DNA of 64,000 nucleotides from Nanobdellota archaeon (GTDB lineage Archaea > Nanobdellota > Nanobdellia > Parvarchaeales > Parvarchaeaceae): contig JAKAAG010000001.1 in assembly GCA_021797085.1 (NCBI GenBank), positions 6,814 to 70,813 of the forward strand, in the 5' to 3' direction. The notes beneath the pieces were generated by a model. That model was given only the letters and a program-made list of their open reading frames with translations, did no database searches and was not told the DNA's origin. How positions within the stretch are numbered: the first letter of the stretch is position 1; each line of letters starts with the position of its first letter. Below are positions 9,101 through 18,605 of this stretch, piece after piece. The position numbers were made by a program, and so were the translations under genes.

Positions 9101-9354
9101 TTGCCAAAACTTTTAAAACCAGATAAATTCAATTCTATTTCTATTTCGCTCACTTTCTTCTTAGAAACTTCTTCTTTTACCTGCTCTAGTTTTTCTGATT
9201 CCTTTTTAAGTTGATTTATCTTTTCTTCCTCTTTTTTTAACTCTGTTTCCTCTCTTTTAACCTGAACTTCCTCTTTCTTTATTTCCTGCTCAATCTTTCT
9301 TTCCTCTTTGGAAGCATCCTCTTCTATTCTCCTAAGTTCATCATTTTCGGCCAT
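6172..9354 (-). CDS. aglB: Oligosaccharyltransferase AglB (STT3)
   Basis: Many TM segments, GLDPY, ETIAE, SWWDYGYW and DG motifs. Confidence 0.93.
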   Translation of the reverse strand: MAENDELRRIEEDASKEERKIEQEIKKEEVQVKREETELKKEEEKINQLKKESEKLEQVKEEVSKKKVSEIEIELNLSGFKSFGNAAYNILIKKKVLFYLLLILAVTVGWYVHTASIPALLNPLQSNSPLIGNNYLGMGGSLSGLDPYTFYIQMQNILKTGNVPAVNYLEYLPIGLPSRGDELLVSFFGAYSARLVDPIVKGAVPMTSFMFLPAFFAIFSALLLFLIALELFGDYWVASISAFILPAFLTFLSRSTAGFTQKTSLGFMFILLAIFFLSKSLKSKRTRSKMIYGLATGIATGLATAASGYSEYLILVIPIIYIIIVLLGYAKKGDLLAYLLFAIWVPIKVSFVTFTFSDVIHSALYYPMLFSYVLVLFKLIVYDRYKHKLKIPLINNGFSVAIYSIVISLLLVALTGLSTLKHAFSRIASEFIHPLGVGIVNPVTETIAEYAPLNLTQRVQDFNFLLGSLGINFLLFCAGAVFLLYIVLRRFRHWYIPFLLSVPFILMLNGGTFSYNATSYSFLFIFIALDFIPLGYLFLHKNEIESKRVLSLVLFLTLISLIMLIVIWNMNSSANNYKYGAVALVVIFILEFAFDKQEDVNLLSLLAIIPFFFFVATVILSNVESRLLEPTELAAAIIIPFAIVYFFRGSIDITNRFFKNSPRNMAVVSAVIIIIAIAFVAADLHSSLSLSYQTAQSSGSGLLLWGPTMQWISQNTPVNTSIISWWDYGYWEEAIANRTAVADGSNAYGYQSMIAKYFFEATSPYIYSTYLHYIHQPTYAVISGSEVEKFSAISTIALKPTSFTPMTETNVTVNSQNIGNQSYKYLLEFGNVNGQIAPLYSNATIPGLPGNANNDLLVEILLPLNASSNGVITSMGNPYGILYNELTAQFSNPLPLDYNCVYSVGCKEVANDSIPGGMMLLNATNSVDLHIGGVPQAPGGYEILPINMSQFGNGPALLYMPNETLDTLFDKLYLLNESIPGFKLLYSDNLPVNSLLSIENQVLTNVNVYQINYTALSKYMLTGECSVSPSAQNYCDNLSYLPAVFAKYSKLINNTPINQS

Positions 9355-9401
9355 AATTCAAATATATAGAGAAATTACTACTGATTATTAAACCTTTCGA
9401 A

Positions 9402-10181
9402 TCAAAAATCCTGCGATTCTATGTCCCAAGAATCATGTTTCCAAAGCAAGAATTCCGGCTTATTCAAGAAAATAAAATGTTCGGGATGAGCTATATACTC
9501 ATCATATATGCTTTTTGAATAATCAAGGAAAGGCAGCTTCTCCGCTTCGCTGTGCTTAAGGGTAGTTTCCTTGTAATTTTTGTTTAAAACTATATTCCCG
9601 TTCCTTAAAAGGAAAAGAGCCCCTCCACCCATTGCCTGCACGGACTTGTAATCAGAATCAAACGTAGAGTTTACCAGATTTGCCTCTATTAAAAGACCTT
9701 TTCCGACATTAATTGAAAAATGGCCATAATTAGGAAGCATTATGACTTTATCCCCTGCTTTTGCATGCACAAGCTCTAAATCAAAGCTCCCATTATCGTT
9801 CCTTTTCTGTAGAAGGTAAACGGCCTCACCACTTATTACCTCATATAACTCTGGGTAAGCCAGCCCTTTTTCAACTAATGGGTGATAATGTCCAAGAGTC
9901 TTTGTAAACTCTCCACCTAAATCATAATTTTCAATGACGGTAACGTCATACCTTATGTTATGTGCCGAGAAAACTGTGGCATTCTTTGCAACTCCCGCTG
10001 CTCTATACATTCTGTATATTACGTCATTCCTGTTTTTGCTGTTTATGAATTCCTTATTGAACAGTACATCCTTCATCTCACTTACCTTACGTACAGAAAA
10101 AGGCACTTCATTACCGTCGGCAAACAACTTTCTTTCTTTTTCATCAAATTCTAAATCAACTGCTTTAACGTTAAGTTTCAT
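9402..10181 (-). CDS. Cupin-type glucose-6-phosphate isomerase family protein
   Basis: RYDVTV, KTLGHYHP, YPELYEVISGEA, PNYGHFSIN motifs. Confidence 0.85.
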   Translation of the reverse strand: MKLNVKAVDLEFDEKERKLFADGNEVPFSVRKVSEMKDVLFNKEFINSKNRNDVIYRMYRAAGVAKNATVFSAHNIRYDVTVIENYDLGGEFTKTLGHYHPLVEKGLAYPELYEVISGEAVYLLQKRNDNGSFDLELVHAKAGDKVIMLPNYGHFSINVGKGLLIEANLVNSTFDSDYKSVQAMGGGALFLLRNGNIVLNKNYKETTLKHSEAEKLPFLDYSKSIYDEYIAHPEHFIFLNKPEFLLWKHDSWDIESQDF

Positions 10182-10204
10182 ATAATTACAAATGCCTACA
10201 AAGA

Positions 10205-11749
10205 TTAATACTTTTTATATAACATTCTAACAAACCTGTCGGCTTTAAACAGCTTGATTATAAATCTGAGTTCCTTATTGCTAACGGTCCTTGTAAAATA
10301 CAACATTAAAACATAGAAGACTAAAGCAGCGATCAGAAGCAGCGGCAGGTATGCCAACCTTGTAACAAACTTTAGAAGAAAATACAAGAAAAGGCCCATT
10401 AATAAAACAGAAAATGTGGCTTTCAGCAGTTCTTTATAAGGCAATTTTATTTTGATGTACCTTGAAACCAAAATAAGATTTACTGCTAGGGTAGACATTG
10501 TAACCGCAAGATACGCAATTGCTGCGCCTACAGAATACAGAAGCGGAACTAAGATAATAGTAAGCGTTATTCCGACTACCGCACCAGTTATTACGGAGTA
10601 CATTGCATATTTTTGTTTCCCTGTTGCACTTAAAACCTGAGTAATCGGCCCGAATATGCTGGATATGAGAACAGGTATAAGAAGGATTATAAAGGGGGTT
10701 TCAGCGCCGAGAAAGCTAGATTTGTAAAGATACGAAATGAGCCTCGGTGCCGATATGATAGAGGCTATAACGAGCGGAAAAGTAAGAAGAAAAGAATATT
10801 TTATAAGGCTATGCTGAAGTCTGTAAAATCCCTCAAATTGTTTTCTTTCAAAAAACTTTGTTATCGATGCAAAGAATGCAGACCCTACTGCGGCAGCGGG
10901 CAGTCCAAGCATACCTGCCATTATAAGCCCCACTCTATAAAAACTCACTGATGAAATGTCCGGAGAAACCGCTCCTAAAAACAAAGCGATTACTGGCCCA
11001 TAAGACAGAGAGATTATTGCCATGACGTATGAAAAATTTCTATAACTGTAAAAATGAGCCAAATCTTCCTTTTCCGGCTTGGCTGATTTGGGAAACCCCT
11101 TCATTGAGCGATATAAAAGGAAAAGGCCAACTGTTGCAGTTACAAGGTAAACCACGTCATAAAACTTAATTGCGCCTATTAAACCAAACCCTAAGTAAAT
11201 TACTACTAGCTGCATTATACGTAAAAAATCATACAAAACACCAGTAATAAAGCTATTGTTCATCTTCTGAAATCCCACAAATGAAGGCTCTGTGAAATTC
11301 CCTGAAAGAGAATAGAAAACAAGCCCAAAAGCCAGTATCTTTATAAGATAACCTACTTCTGCTGAATGATATATCGATGCAATTACTCCAGAAAGAGAGA
11401 ATAAGACTATCGAAGCAATAAGAGATGAAACTATTACTATAACAAAATAATGCTTAACTGCCCACATTAGCCTAGAAGCGGAGTTTTGCGCACGGTATTT
11501 TGATATAGCGTACTGAACCGCCGAATTTATGCCCAAACCAGCAATAGTAGAAGCAAATCCCCAGTAGAGAACGACTACTGTATAATAACCATAGTTGGTA
11601 GGCCCAAGAAACCTCACAAGAAGAACGCTGACCAAGAAAGAAACAAAGAATTTTGAGCCTGAGCGAAGAAAGCCATACACACTATTTGAAGCCACTAATC
11701 CCTGTTCTTCTTCTATGTTTATTTCATCACTGTTGACAGGTTGTTCCAT
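10205..11749 (-). CDS. Polysaccharide/oligosaccharide flippase (Wzx/MOP superfamily)
   Basis: About 14 TM segments, RFLGPTNYG, LIVP...GAAIA-type motif; near aglB. Confidence 0.88.
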   Translation of the reverse strand: MEQPVNSDEINIEEEQGLVASNSVYGFLRSGSKFFVSFLVSVLLVRFLGPTNYGYYTVVVLYWGFASTIAGLGINSAVQYAISKYRAQNSASRLMWAVKHYFVIVIVSSLIASIVLFSLSGVIASIYHSAEVGYLIKILAFGLVFYSLSGNFTEPSFVGFQKMNNSFITGVLYDFLRIMQLVVIYLGFGLIGAIKFYDVVYLVTATVGLFLLYRSMKGFPKSAKPEKEDLAHFYSYRNFSYVMAIISLSYGPVIALFLGAVSPDISSVSFYRVGLIMAGMLGLPAAAVGSAFFASITKFFERKQFEGFYRLQHSLIKYSFLLTFPLVIASIISAPRLISYLYKSSFLGAETPFIILLIPVLISSIFGPITQVLSATGKQKYAMYSVITGAVVGITLTIILVPLLYSVGAAIAYLAVTMSTLAVNLILVSRYIKIKLPYKELLKATFSVLLMGLFLYFLLKFVTRLAYLPLLLIAALVFYVLMLYFTRTVSNKELRFIIKLFKADRFVRMLYKKY

Positions 11750-11831
11750 TGATATACTGATGTTTACTAACTTGTATTATAATGCACTCAATTTATGTAT
11801 TTAAATAAATAATAAGCAATAGTAATTAAAT

Positions 11832-12185
11832 ATGGTTTTACTCACACAAGAAACTGGGTTATATGTAATAGTAGCTTTAGCCATTGTTATAGGGTATCTC
11901 ATAGGAGTGTCAACGCAGGAAGAAATAGAAAACATAGCAAAAAAATTTAGGGCAGAAAAAATCTTTTCTTATCCTTTAATAATTATAGAAATTGCTGCAA
12001 TATCCTTGGTATTATATTTATACAGTGGTTACTATTTTGCAGTTTCTGCGATAATACTGCTTTTTAACCTTTGCTTTTCAGCGCTTTACAATGCAGAGAA
12101 ATCTGATTTACAAAGAACAATAAGTTATGTAATTACATTTTTAGTTCCCTCTTTAATAATCGGAACTATAATAATTATATTATGA
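11832..12185 (+). CDS. Hypothetical membrane protein
   Basis: 117 aa with about 4 TM segments; overlaps the next start (ATGA). Confidence 0.7.
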   Translation: MVLLTQETGLYVIVALAIVIGYLIGVSTQEEIENIAKKFRAEKIFSYPLIIIEIAAISLVLYLYSGYYFAVSAIILLFNLCFSALYNAEKSDLQRTISYVITFLVPSLIIGTIIIIL

Positions 12186-13321
12186 AAATAGGCATAATCG
12201 GAAGGACAAATGTAGGAAAAAGCACGCTTTTTAAGGCGCTTACTCTTGAAGAAGTTGAAATAGAAGACCGGCCGTTTACAACTATAGAACCCAACAAAGG
12301 AGTTGGTTATGTTACTGTTGAATGCCCTGAAAAATACTTCAATGTAAAATGCAATCCGCACAATGCCCCATGCGTTGATGGCACAAGATTTGTACCAATT
12401 AATATAATAGACGTTGCAGGTTTGGTAGAAGGCGCGAGTGAAGGAAAGGGCCTTGGTAATAAATTCCTAAGCGACATAATGGAAGCCGATGCAATAATAG
12501 AAGTAATAGACATATCCGGTAACACTGACAGCAGCGGAAATAAAACGAAGGATTTTGACCCTGGAATAGACATAGAAATGGTTGACAACGAGATAAAGAA
12601 ATGGATAGCTTCAATAATATCTAGATCTAGGTATGTAGGTAAGGAAGATATAGCAGACGTAATATTCAAAAATGTATCTGGGATAAACATAAAGTATTCG
12701 ACTGTAAAAGAAGTTGTAAAGGAGCTCGACGTAAAGGAAATAAACGACGATACTGCTTTGGATATGGCTTCTTTACTGATGAAAAAAGACAAACCAATGC
12801 TTATTTTATGCAATAAGATGGATTCTGTTGAAGACTTGGAGGAAAGGATGAAAAGGCTGAAGGAAAGATTTGACTACCAGTTTATGGCCTGCTCTGCAGC
12901 TGCCGAGCTTACAATAAGGGAAGCAGAGAAAAACGGGTTCATACGCTTTAAAAACAACAGGCTTGAAAAATTAAAGGAATTGAGCAGTGATCAGGAAAAA
13001 GCCATAGGCATAATAGAGAAAATAATAAAAAAATACGGCGGAACTGGGGTGAGAGAGGCTTTAAACCGTCTTGTATTTGAATTAAAGGGCTACAAGGTAG
13101 TTTTCCCAGTAGAGGACGAAAAGAAGCTTACTGATGGCTTCGGAAGAGTGCTACCAGATGCATATCTTGTGGAGAAAGATGCAACTCCCAAGGATGTAGC
13201 TGCAATGATACACAGCGATATAGCCAAAAACTACAAAGGCGCTATAGATTGCAAAACGGGGTTGAAAGTAAAGAACGACTCTCCTGTCAAAAATGGGCAG
13301 GTCCTGAAGATACTGGTATGA
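12182..13321 (+). CDS. ychF: YchF/Obg-family P-loop NTPase with TGS domain
   Basis: GRTNVGKST, FTTIEPN, DVAGLVEGA, GLGNKFL, NKMD, C-terminal TGS. Confidence 0.93.
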   Translation: MKIGIIGRTNVGKSTLFKALTLEEVEIEDRPFTTIEPNKGVGYVTVECPEKYFNVKCNPHNAPCVDGTRFVPINIIDVAGLVEGASEGKGLGNKFLSDIMEADAIIEVIDISGNTDSSGNKTKDFDPGIDIEMVDNEIKKWIASIISRSRYVGKEDIADVIFKNVSGINIKYSTVKEVVKELDVKEINDDTALDMASLLMKKDKPMLILCNKMDSVEDLEERMKRLKERFDYQFMACSAAAELTIREAEKNGFIRFKNNRLEKLKELSSDQEKAIGIIEKIIKKYGGTGVREALNRLVFELKGYKVVFPVEDEKKLTDGFGRVLPDAYLVEKDATPKDVAAMIHSDIAKNYKGAIDCKTGLKVKNDSPVKNGQVLKILV

Positions 13322-14112
13322 ACAATACAAAGGTATTCCTAAAAGACGAAAAAACGTTTGAAAAGATAATAGAGGCTTCAGACCTTAAAAAAGACGATAT
13401 AGTGATAGAGATAGGGAGCGGTGATGGGAGACTAACAAAACGCATAGCCTCTCATGTAAAAAAAGTTTATGCTATAGAAATAGACATGAATCTTTTCGAT
13501 TCTGCAAGAACTATGCTTGAAGAGACCAAAAACATAGAGTTCATAAACGGAGATGCATTAGCAATAGAATTCCCCAGCGATGCAAACAAGATAATATCAA
13601 ATTTACCATATGCCATCTCTTCTCCAATAACGGAAAAGATAATATATTTTATGAATGGAAAAAAAGATTCTTTGGCAGTACTAATGTATCAATTGGAATT
13701 CGGTGAAAGAATGCTTGCATTCCCAGGGATAAGAGATTATTCGATGATATCCGTGTTTACGCAATACACTTGCAACATAGAGCTTGTTTCCAGAGTCAGT
13801 AAGAACGCATTCAGGCCTAGGCCTGCAGTTGAATCCATAATCTTGAGGATAAAACCTAAAAATATACAGATAAATGAAAATTTTCTTGCTTTTGCAAGGC
13901 TTCTTTTTCAGCACAAGAAGAAAAACCTTTATTCCGCTATAATGGACAGCAGGGGAAAACTAAACGTAAAATCGAAGGAAGAGATAAGGTATAAATTACA
14001 GGGATTCAAAGAAAAGGATAAGCTAAAGCAGAAAGTCTTCTATCTTGAGATAAATGAGCTAGAGGATATATATAATGAAATGCTAAGGATAGGGATATGC
14101 AAAAAGAAGTAA
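13318..14112 (+). CDS. ksgA: 16S rRNA m6,2A dimethyltransferase KsgA/Dim1
   Basis: VIEIGSGDG, SNLPYAISSP, FRPRPAVES. ATG at 13318 overlaps the ychF stop. Confidence 0.93.
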   Translation: MNNTKVFLKDEKTFEKIIEASDLKKDDIVIEIGSGDGRLTKRIASHVKKVYAIEIDMNLFDSARTMLEETKNIEFINGDALAIEFPSDANKIISNLPYAISSPITEKIIYFMNGKKDSLAVLMYQLEFGERMLAFPGIRDYSMISVFTQYTCNIELVSRVSKNAFRPRPAVESIILRIKPKNIQINENFLAFARLLFQHKKKNLYSAIMDSRGKLNVKSKEEIRYKLQGFKEKDKLKQKVFYLEINELEDIYNEMLRIGICKKK

Positions 14113-14921
14113 AAGTAATCAAGAGAGGAAATCCATCGGTTAGGATATACAGAAAGAAAAAAGCTTGGGAGTTTATACCTTTTAAATCAAACTTAGGCTA
14201 TAACCAAAACAAACAGAAAAGATTCAAAAATTTTGCATCAAGGTTTTCTTTGAGAGAGATAGAAGACATATTTATAGCCTGGTTGGCATTGAGCTTCGCA
14301 TTTGCGGTTGTTCTTTATCCTATAGAAAACTCTGGTTTCTTATTATACTTCCTAGCTTCTTTTATAGTGCTTGGAGCCGCATTCATAATGCATGAATTGA
14401 TGCATAAGTTTGTCGCTCAAAGCTACGGCTATGAGGCGCAGTTCAGAATGTTCCCGTTCTTTTTGATACTTGCTGTAGTAATGGCCCTGCTTATTGGATT
14501 CGTGTTTGCATTGCCTGGTGCAACGATATTTGAACCTGATCCAAGAGAGCCCTACACAGACCCAAAGGGATTTACTGAAAGATACGGAAAAATATCGCTT
14601 GCCGGGCCATTAATTGATATAGCATTTGGATTTATATTCCTAGCTTTGTTTTTGCTTATCTATGTACTTGTAGGGTCACATGTGACTAACTTATTGACGG
14701 CTTTCGGCTACATAGTAACTGGATTAGGAACATTCATAAGCTTCTACTTGGGCGCATTTAATATGCTGCCATTAGGATCAGCGTCATTTATAGGATTGGA
14801 TGGTTACAAGGTGTGGAGATGGAACAAGGTTTACTGGGCCATTTTCTTTGTGATACCTGTTGCAATGACCGCTTTAATCTACATCGGTTACATACCTGTT
14901 CTCTCTGTCATAGGTCTGTAA
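14097..14921 (+). CDS. M50-family membrane zinc metalloprotease
   Basis: HELMH, ISLAGP, FNMLP...LDG motifs with TM segments. Confidence 0.88.
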   Translation: MQKEVKVIKRGNPSVRIYRKKKAWEFIPFKSNLGYNQNKQKRFKNFASRFSLREIEDIFIAWLALSFAFAVVLYPIENSGFLLYFLASFIVLGAAFIMHELMHKFVAQSYGYEAQFRMFPFFLILAVVMALLIGFVFALPGATIFEPDPREPYTDPKGFTERYGKISLAGPLIDIAFGFIFLALFLLIYVLVGSHVTNLLTAFGYIVTGLGTFISFYLGAFNMLPLGSASFIGLDGYKVWRWNKVYWAIFFVIPVAMTALIYIGYIPVLSVIGL

Positions 14922-14963
14922 TTATTAGGGCAGTTATTTAAATAAGCAGGTTTAATAATAACT

Positions 14964-15638
14964 ATGGCTGAAAAAACAAAAATAATAACCGCTTTTCAAA
15001 CTGCCGGGTATATATCAATATTGGCCGCTAGGTTCCTTGAAGAAAAGGGAGTTATAAAAGATGTCGGAGGGATAGACATTGATGAACTTGCGCAATTTGC
15101 CGTAGTCAAAGATGGAAACCTTCTTTCTCCCATAAGAATACTGGAAGGAAAAGAATTTACAATGATAACATCGCAGATACCTTTGCCTTTGAAGGCAATA
15201 AACGAACTTGCGGATAAAATAATGCTGATTTATAAAGAAAGGAAGGCGGACCAGATAATAGCGTTGGACGGCCTTGCGATTGATGAGGCGAAGGACAAGA
15301 GCGAAGTCTATTTTGCAAGCACTTACAATGAAAAAGAGATAAAAAACTGCAAGAAATTGCCTGAAGGAGCAATGATGGGTTTTAATTCCTACTTCGCGCA
15401 CAAGGCAAGAAAGAGTAAGATACCATTTATAGTTTTAATGGCGGAAACGCACGCAGAGATACCTGATGGCATAGCAGCCGCAGCTCTTATTTCCGTATTG
15501 GAAGGCATTCTTGGAATACAGGTAGACACTTCTGAACTTATATCAGAATACAAGAAAACACTCGGACAGATAAACAACCTACTGAAAAGAGTAAGTCAAG
15601 CACCAAAAAGTCAGGAAGAACAGAACATGTACGTTTAA
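14964..15638 (+). CDS. PAC2 family proteasome assembly chaperone-like protein
   Basis: IIALDG, LMAET...PDGIAAA, VDTSEL, C-terminal MYV. Confidence 0.8.
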   Translation: MAEKTKIITAFQTAGYISILAARFLEEKGVIKDVGGIDIDELAQFAVVKDGNLLSPIRILEGKEFTMITSQIPLPLKAINELADKIMLIYKERKADQIIALDGLAIDEAKDKSEVYFASTYNEKEIKNCKKLPEGAMMGFNSYFAHKARKSKIPFIVLMAETHAEIPDGIAAAALISVLEGILGIQVDTSELISEYKKTLGQINNLLKRVSQAPKSQEEQNMYV

Positions 15639-16039
15639 TTCTGATTGTATTCTTTTGCTTTTTCTTCCAAAAACCTTGAGACATTGTTGTCCATAAAGGA
15701 GGTTGAATAAGCAGTTATATCTGCCATAGGCACCCATTTATAGCTTTGGAAAAAAGACAGAACTTCCGGTTCCCCGTTTACATGCTCCATTACATAAAGG
15801 AAATACAACAACTTTGGATTTTCACTTGGGTAATACTTGAATACCTTTCCTGTAAGATTAACCTTTATGTTGAATTTTTCCATCAGTGAAAGGATCTCCC
15901 TCCTTGGGCTTTTTTCTTCATCCAAATCAAGAAATGGGAATACCCATGTAGCTCTTGGCATGTATTTATCCTGTTCCTTCAGCTTTACCATCAATACTTT
16001 GTTTCCCCTTATAACCAATGCTGATACTCTTTTTGCCAT
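15635..16039 (-). CDS. NUDIX-fold protein with a degenerate Nudix box
   Basis: VSALVIRGNKVLMVK and WVFP match the fold, but the GX5EX7REUXEE box is not conserved. Confidence 0.6.
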   Translation of the reverse strand: MAKRVSALVIRGNKVLMVKLKEQDKYMPRATWVFPFLDLDEEKSPRREILSLMEKFNIKVNLTGKVFKYYPSENPKLLYFLYVMEHVNGEPEVLSFFQSYKWVPMADITAYSTSFMDNNVSRFLEEKAKEYNQN

Positions 16040-16110
16040 ATGATTATTAACATTTTTTACATTTTAAACGCTTTTTTATATGAGGTTATACATAATATTA
16101 TTAAAAAGAT

Positions 16111-16401
16111 ATGGATAAAGGGTATTATGCTGTGTTGATAGTTATTGTTGCATTGGTGATATTAGCTGCAGTATTCTACACAAACCCTTACGAAAACCAT
16201 AGGCAGATAGCAATAGGGATATGCGAATTGGAATGCCACAACATAATAACCAACTCTACACTGACAAGCAATACCTGCATAAAAGAAAATGCGAGTTTCG
16301 GTTATTCATGTGCAGCAGTAAATTCCACTGCTTCTACAGTCTGCTCAAATACAAATGAGATAAATTTAAATTATAACTGCGTTTTGGAAAACGTAAAATA
16401 A
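16111..16401 (+). CDS. Small membrane-anchored Cys-rich secreted protein
   Basis: N-terminal TM segment, 6 Cys, several N-x-S/T sequons. Confidence 0.7.
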   Translation: MDKGYYAVLIVIVALVILAAVFYTNPYENHRQIAIGICELECHNIITNSTLTSNTCIKENASFGYSCAAVNSTASTVCSNTNEINLNYNCVLENVK

Positions 16402-17040
16402 TTACTTAACAAGCTGATCCAATACATGCAATTTCTTGTTGAGAAAGTCTATCCTGCTCTGCTTGTCTTCCAGTATCTTACCTGATTCTATGTGCGTAAG
16501 TACACCGCCATCATTCTTGCACCTAAAGTCATTTTGAAGGGCCTCATTTACATCGTATCTTCTGTTGCAGATATCACAGACGTAAAAGTCTTCTGCCTTG
16601 TTTAATTCCATTGATTTTTTGGTTTGTTTTATCTCTTCCTCATACATCTCTCTTATTATGAATACTAGCTTTTCCGGATTCGCGCTCCAAAAATAGGTAT
16701 ACCATGCTTTGTTGTTCTTTCTTACCTTTCTATAGGAAACAAGGTTTTTATTGTAAAGCCTATACAGGAATTTTCTTATTGCATTTGCCTTTTCAAACTT
16801 AAGTTTTTTTGCAAGAAGGTTCTCCTCCATTTCCCCTTTGGAGATAAGAAACTCGAAAACTTCCAAGCCTTTTTCTCCAGCAACATCAACAACGTATTTT
16901 CTTGCCTCCTCCAATTTCAAAAGCTTGTTAGTATCAATTACTATCTTTTTTTCACGTTTTACAACTACTTTTTTTGTCTTTTTTATTTTGGGATTGGACT
17001 TAACTTTTTTCACTTTATTCTTCGCTTTTTTCGTAGCCAT
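16402..17040 (-). CDS. tfe: Transcription factor E (TFE/TFIIE-alpha)
   Basis: wHTH IRKFLYRLY..NLVSY, WYTYFW, zinc ribbon FYVCDIC...FRCKNDG. Confidence 0.92.
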   Translation of the reverse strand: MATKKAKNKVKKVKSNPKIKKTKKVVVKREKKIVIDTNKLLKLEEARKYVVDVAGEKGLEVFEFLISKGEMEENLLAKKLKFEKANAIRKFLYRLYNKNLVSYRKVRKNNKAWYTYFWSANPEKLVFIIREMYEEEIKQTKKSMELNKAEDFYVCDICNRRYDVNEALQNDFRCKNDGGVLTHIESGKILEDKQSRIDFLNKKLHVLDQLVK

Positions 17041-17092
17041 TTTTATATATAGTAAAGTAGAGATTTAACCTTTTCTATTCAAAGATAAAATT

Positions 17093-18346
17093 CTATTTTA
17101 GTGATGCAAATATTATTGAGCCTATTGGGCTCAAAAGAACTAAAAGCAGGATAAAAAGAAATGCAACAGTATTTAGGATTGCAAGCGCCTTCTTCTCATT
17201 TTTAACAACGTAACCCAAAGCATCGAAGAATATCTTACCGCCGTCTACAAGATAAGACAATGGAAGTATGTTGACTATTGCAAGGCTGAAAGATATAACC
17301 CACAACCACAAGAAAAGTCCATCTATCCAGTAAAGAGACTGAGAAGTAAAAGAATTATTGGGAAATGCAGTGACAGAAATTGGCTCTATTATAAATGCCG
17401 GCGGTTTTGCGAGCGAGAAAAACCCTCCCACTCCAATGTAACTATGATAGGTATTATTTATTGATGAATTATAAGTAGTTTTCATGGAATAAACCTTTCC
17501 ATTGGTTAAGGTAAAATTAACGTACTGCCCCGGCTTGACATTGAGATCAGACAAGGCCTGCTGCTCCGAATAGAACTGGTGGCCGTTTATTTCTGAAACC
17601 GTGGAATTTACCGGTAAAGAAACTAGGCTGGCAGGGCTGTTATTTACAACCGTTGAAACATCTAGGTAATACGGGGAATATGAAACTAAATTAGCTGAAA
17701 TCATAAAATGGGAAAGCAAAAGATATGCTCCTAAAAATATGAAGCCTAAAACAACGTTTGTAAAAGCGCCTGCGGCAAATATTCTCAAACGATCCATTCT
17801 CTTCGCTTTTATAACTTTCTTTTCATCCGGTTCTACAAACGCCAGAGGAAGAACTCCAAATAGGAAGCCGAAACCAGTAGATTTTATTTTTATGTTTTTT
17901 GAAAGTGCAACTACGCCGTGAGAAGCTTCATGCAAAGCTGCCAATACGATTACAGCTATTAGTATGTAAAGTATGGGAACGCCTATTAAAACAGGTATTC
18001 CTCCTACAGAGATTGAAACGGGAAACAGTGGTGCTACAGCTGGAAAAGTGGTTGTTGGGCTTGTTATCATAAGATAAAGGTAAGGCAGGAAAAGGTATAG
18101 CACAAAGCCTATGCCTGCAAGTGCAACGAAAACTCCTATCGTTGAATAGATGTTTACGAGCCGTTTAAACCTTGCTAGCCGCTTCATTGCTTTTAATCCT
18201 ATCTTTGTTTTGTAAAGAAAAACTACTTTTCCTTCTACATCAAACTTTTTTCTCTCTATAATTACAAATAATCCGAATATTACAAGTATTATAATTGTTA
18301 AAAGTAAATTATCTCCATTTGCTAAGAGCACACTTAAAACTGACAT
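17093..18346 (-). CDS. Site-2 protease (M50) with PDZ domain
   Basis: LHEASHG, AFVEPDE, AAGAFTN, NSPA PDZ region, NILP..VDGG. Confidence 0.92.
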   Translation of the reverse strand: MSVLSVLLANGDNLLLTIIILVIFGLFVIIERKKFDVEGKVVFLYKTKIGLKAMKRLARFKRLVNIYSTIGVFVALAGIGFVLYLFLPYLYLMITSPTTTFPAVAPLFPVSISVGGIPVLIGVPILYILIAVIVLAALHEASHGVVALSKNIKIKSTGFGFLFGVLPLAFVEPDEKKVIKAKRMDRLRIFAAGAFTNVVLGFIFLGAYLLLSHFMISANLVSYSPYYLDVSTVVNNSPASLVSLPVNSTVSEINGHQFYSEQQALSDLNVKPGQYVNFTLTNGKVYSMKTTYNSSINNTYHSYIGVGGFFSLAKPPAFIIEPISVTAFPNNSFTSQSLYWIDGLFLWLWVISFSLAIVNILPLSYLVDGGKIFFDALGYVVKNEKKALAILNTVAFLFILLLVLLSPIGSIIFASLK

Positions 18347-18353
18347 TATATAC

Positions 18354-18542
18354 TTACACCTTTAACTTTCTTAACTCTTTGTGTTTAGGCCTCAATGCCG
18401 AAGAACCGCAGTTCCTACACCTTACTTCATTCCTTCTAAGAACTTTCTGGCTGGAAACGCGTATCTTTGCATTGCAGTTTCTACATACGTATACGTTATA
18501 GAACAGTCTGCTATCAGCAACCGGATTTGATCTCTCTGCCAT
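18354..18542 (-). CDS. rpl40e: 50S ribosomal protein L40e
   Basis: VCRNCNA...CRNCGSSALRPK. Confidence 0.9.
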   Translation of the reverse strand: MAERSNPVADSRLFYNVYVCRNCNAKIRVSSQKVLRRNEVRCRNCGSSALRPKHKELRKLKV

Positions 18543-18605
18543 AATCTTATAGGTTTCTATTTACTTATATATAAAGTTTTATTTAGTGCATAATTAGTAT
18601 AGTTA

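Noticed and set aside
13249-13317. N-terminal extension of ksgA, or a splice joining ychF 'GQV' to 'FL'
   Set aside because: It lies inside the ychF TGS coding region, I could not build a BHB, and the ATG at 13318 gives normal coupling.
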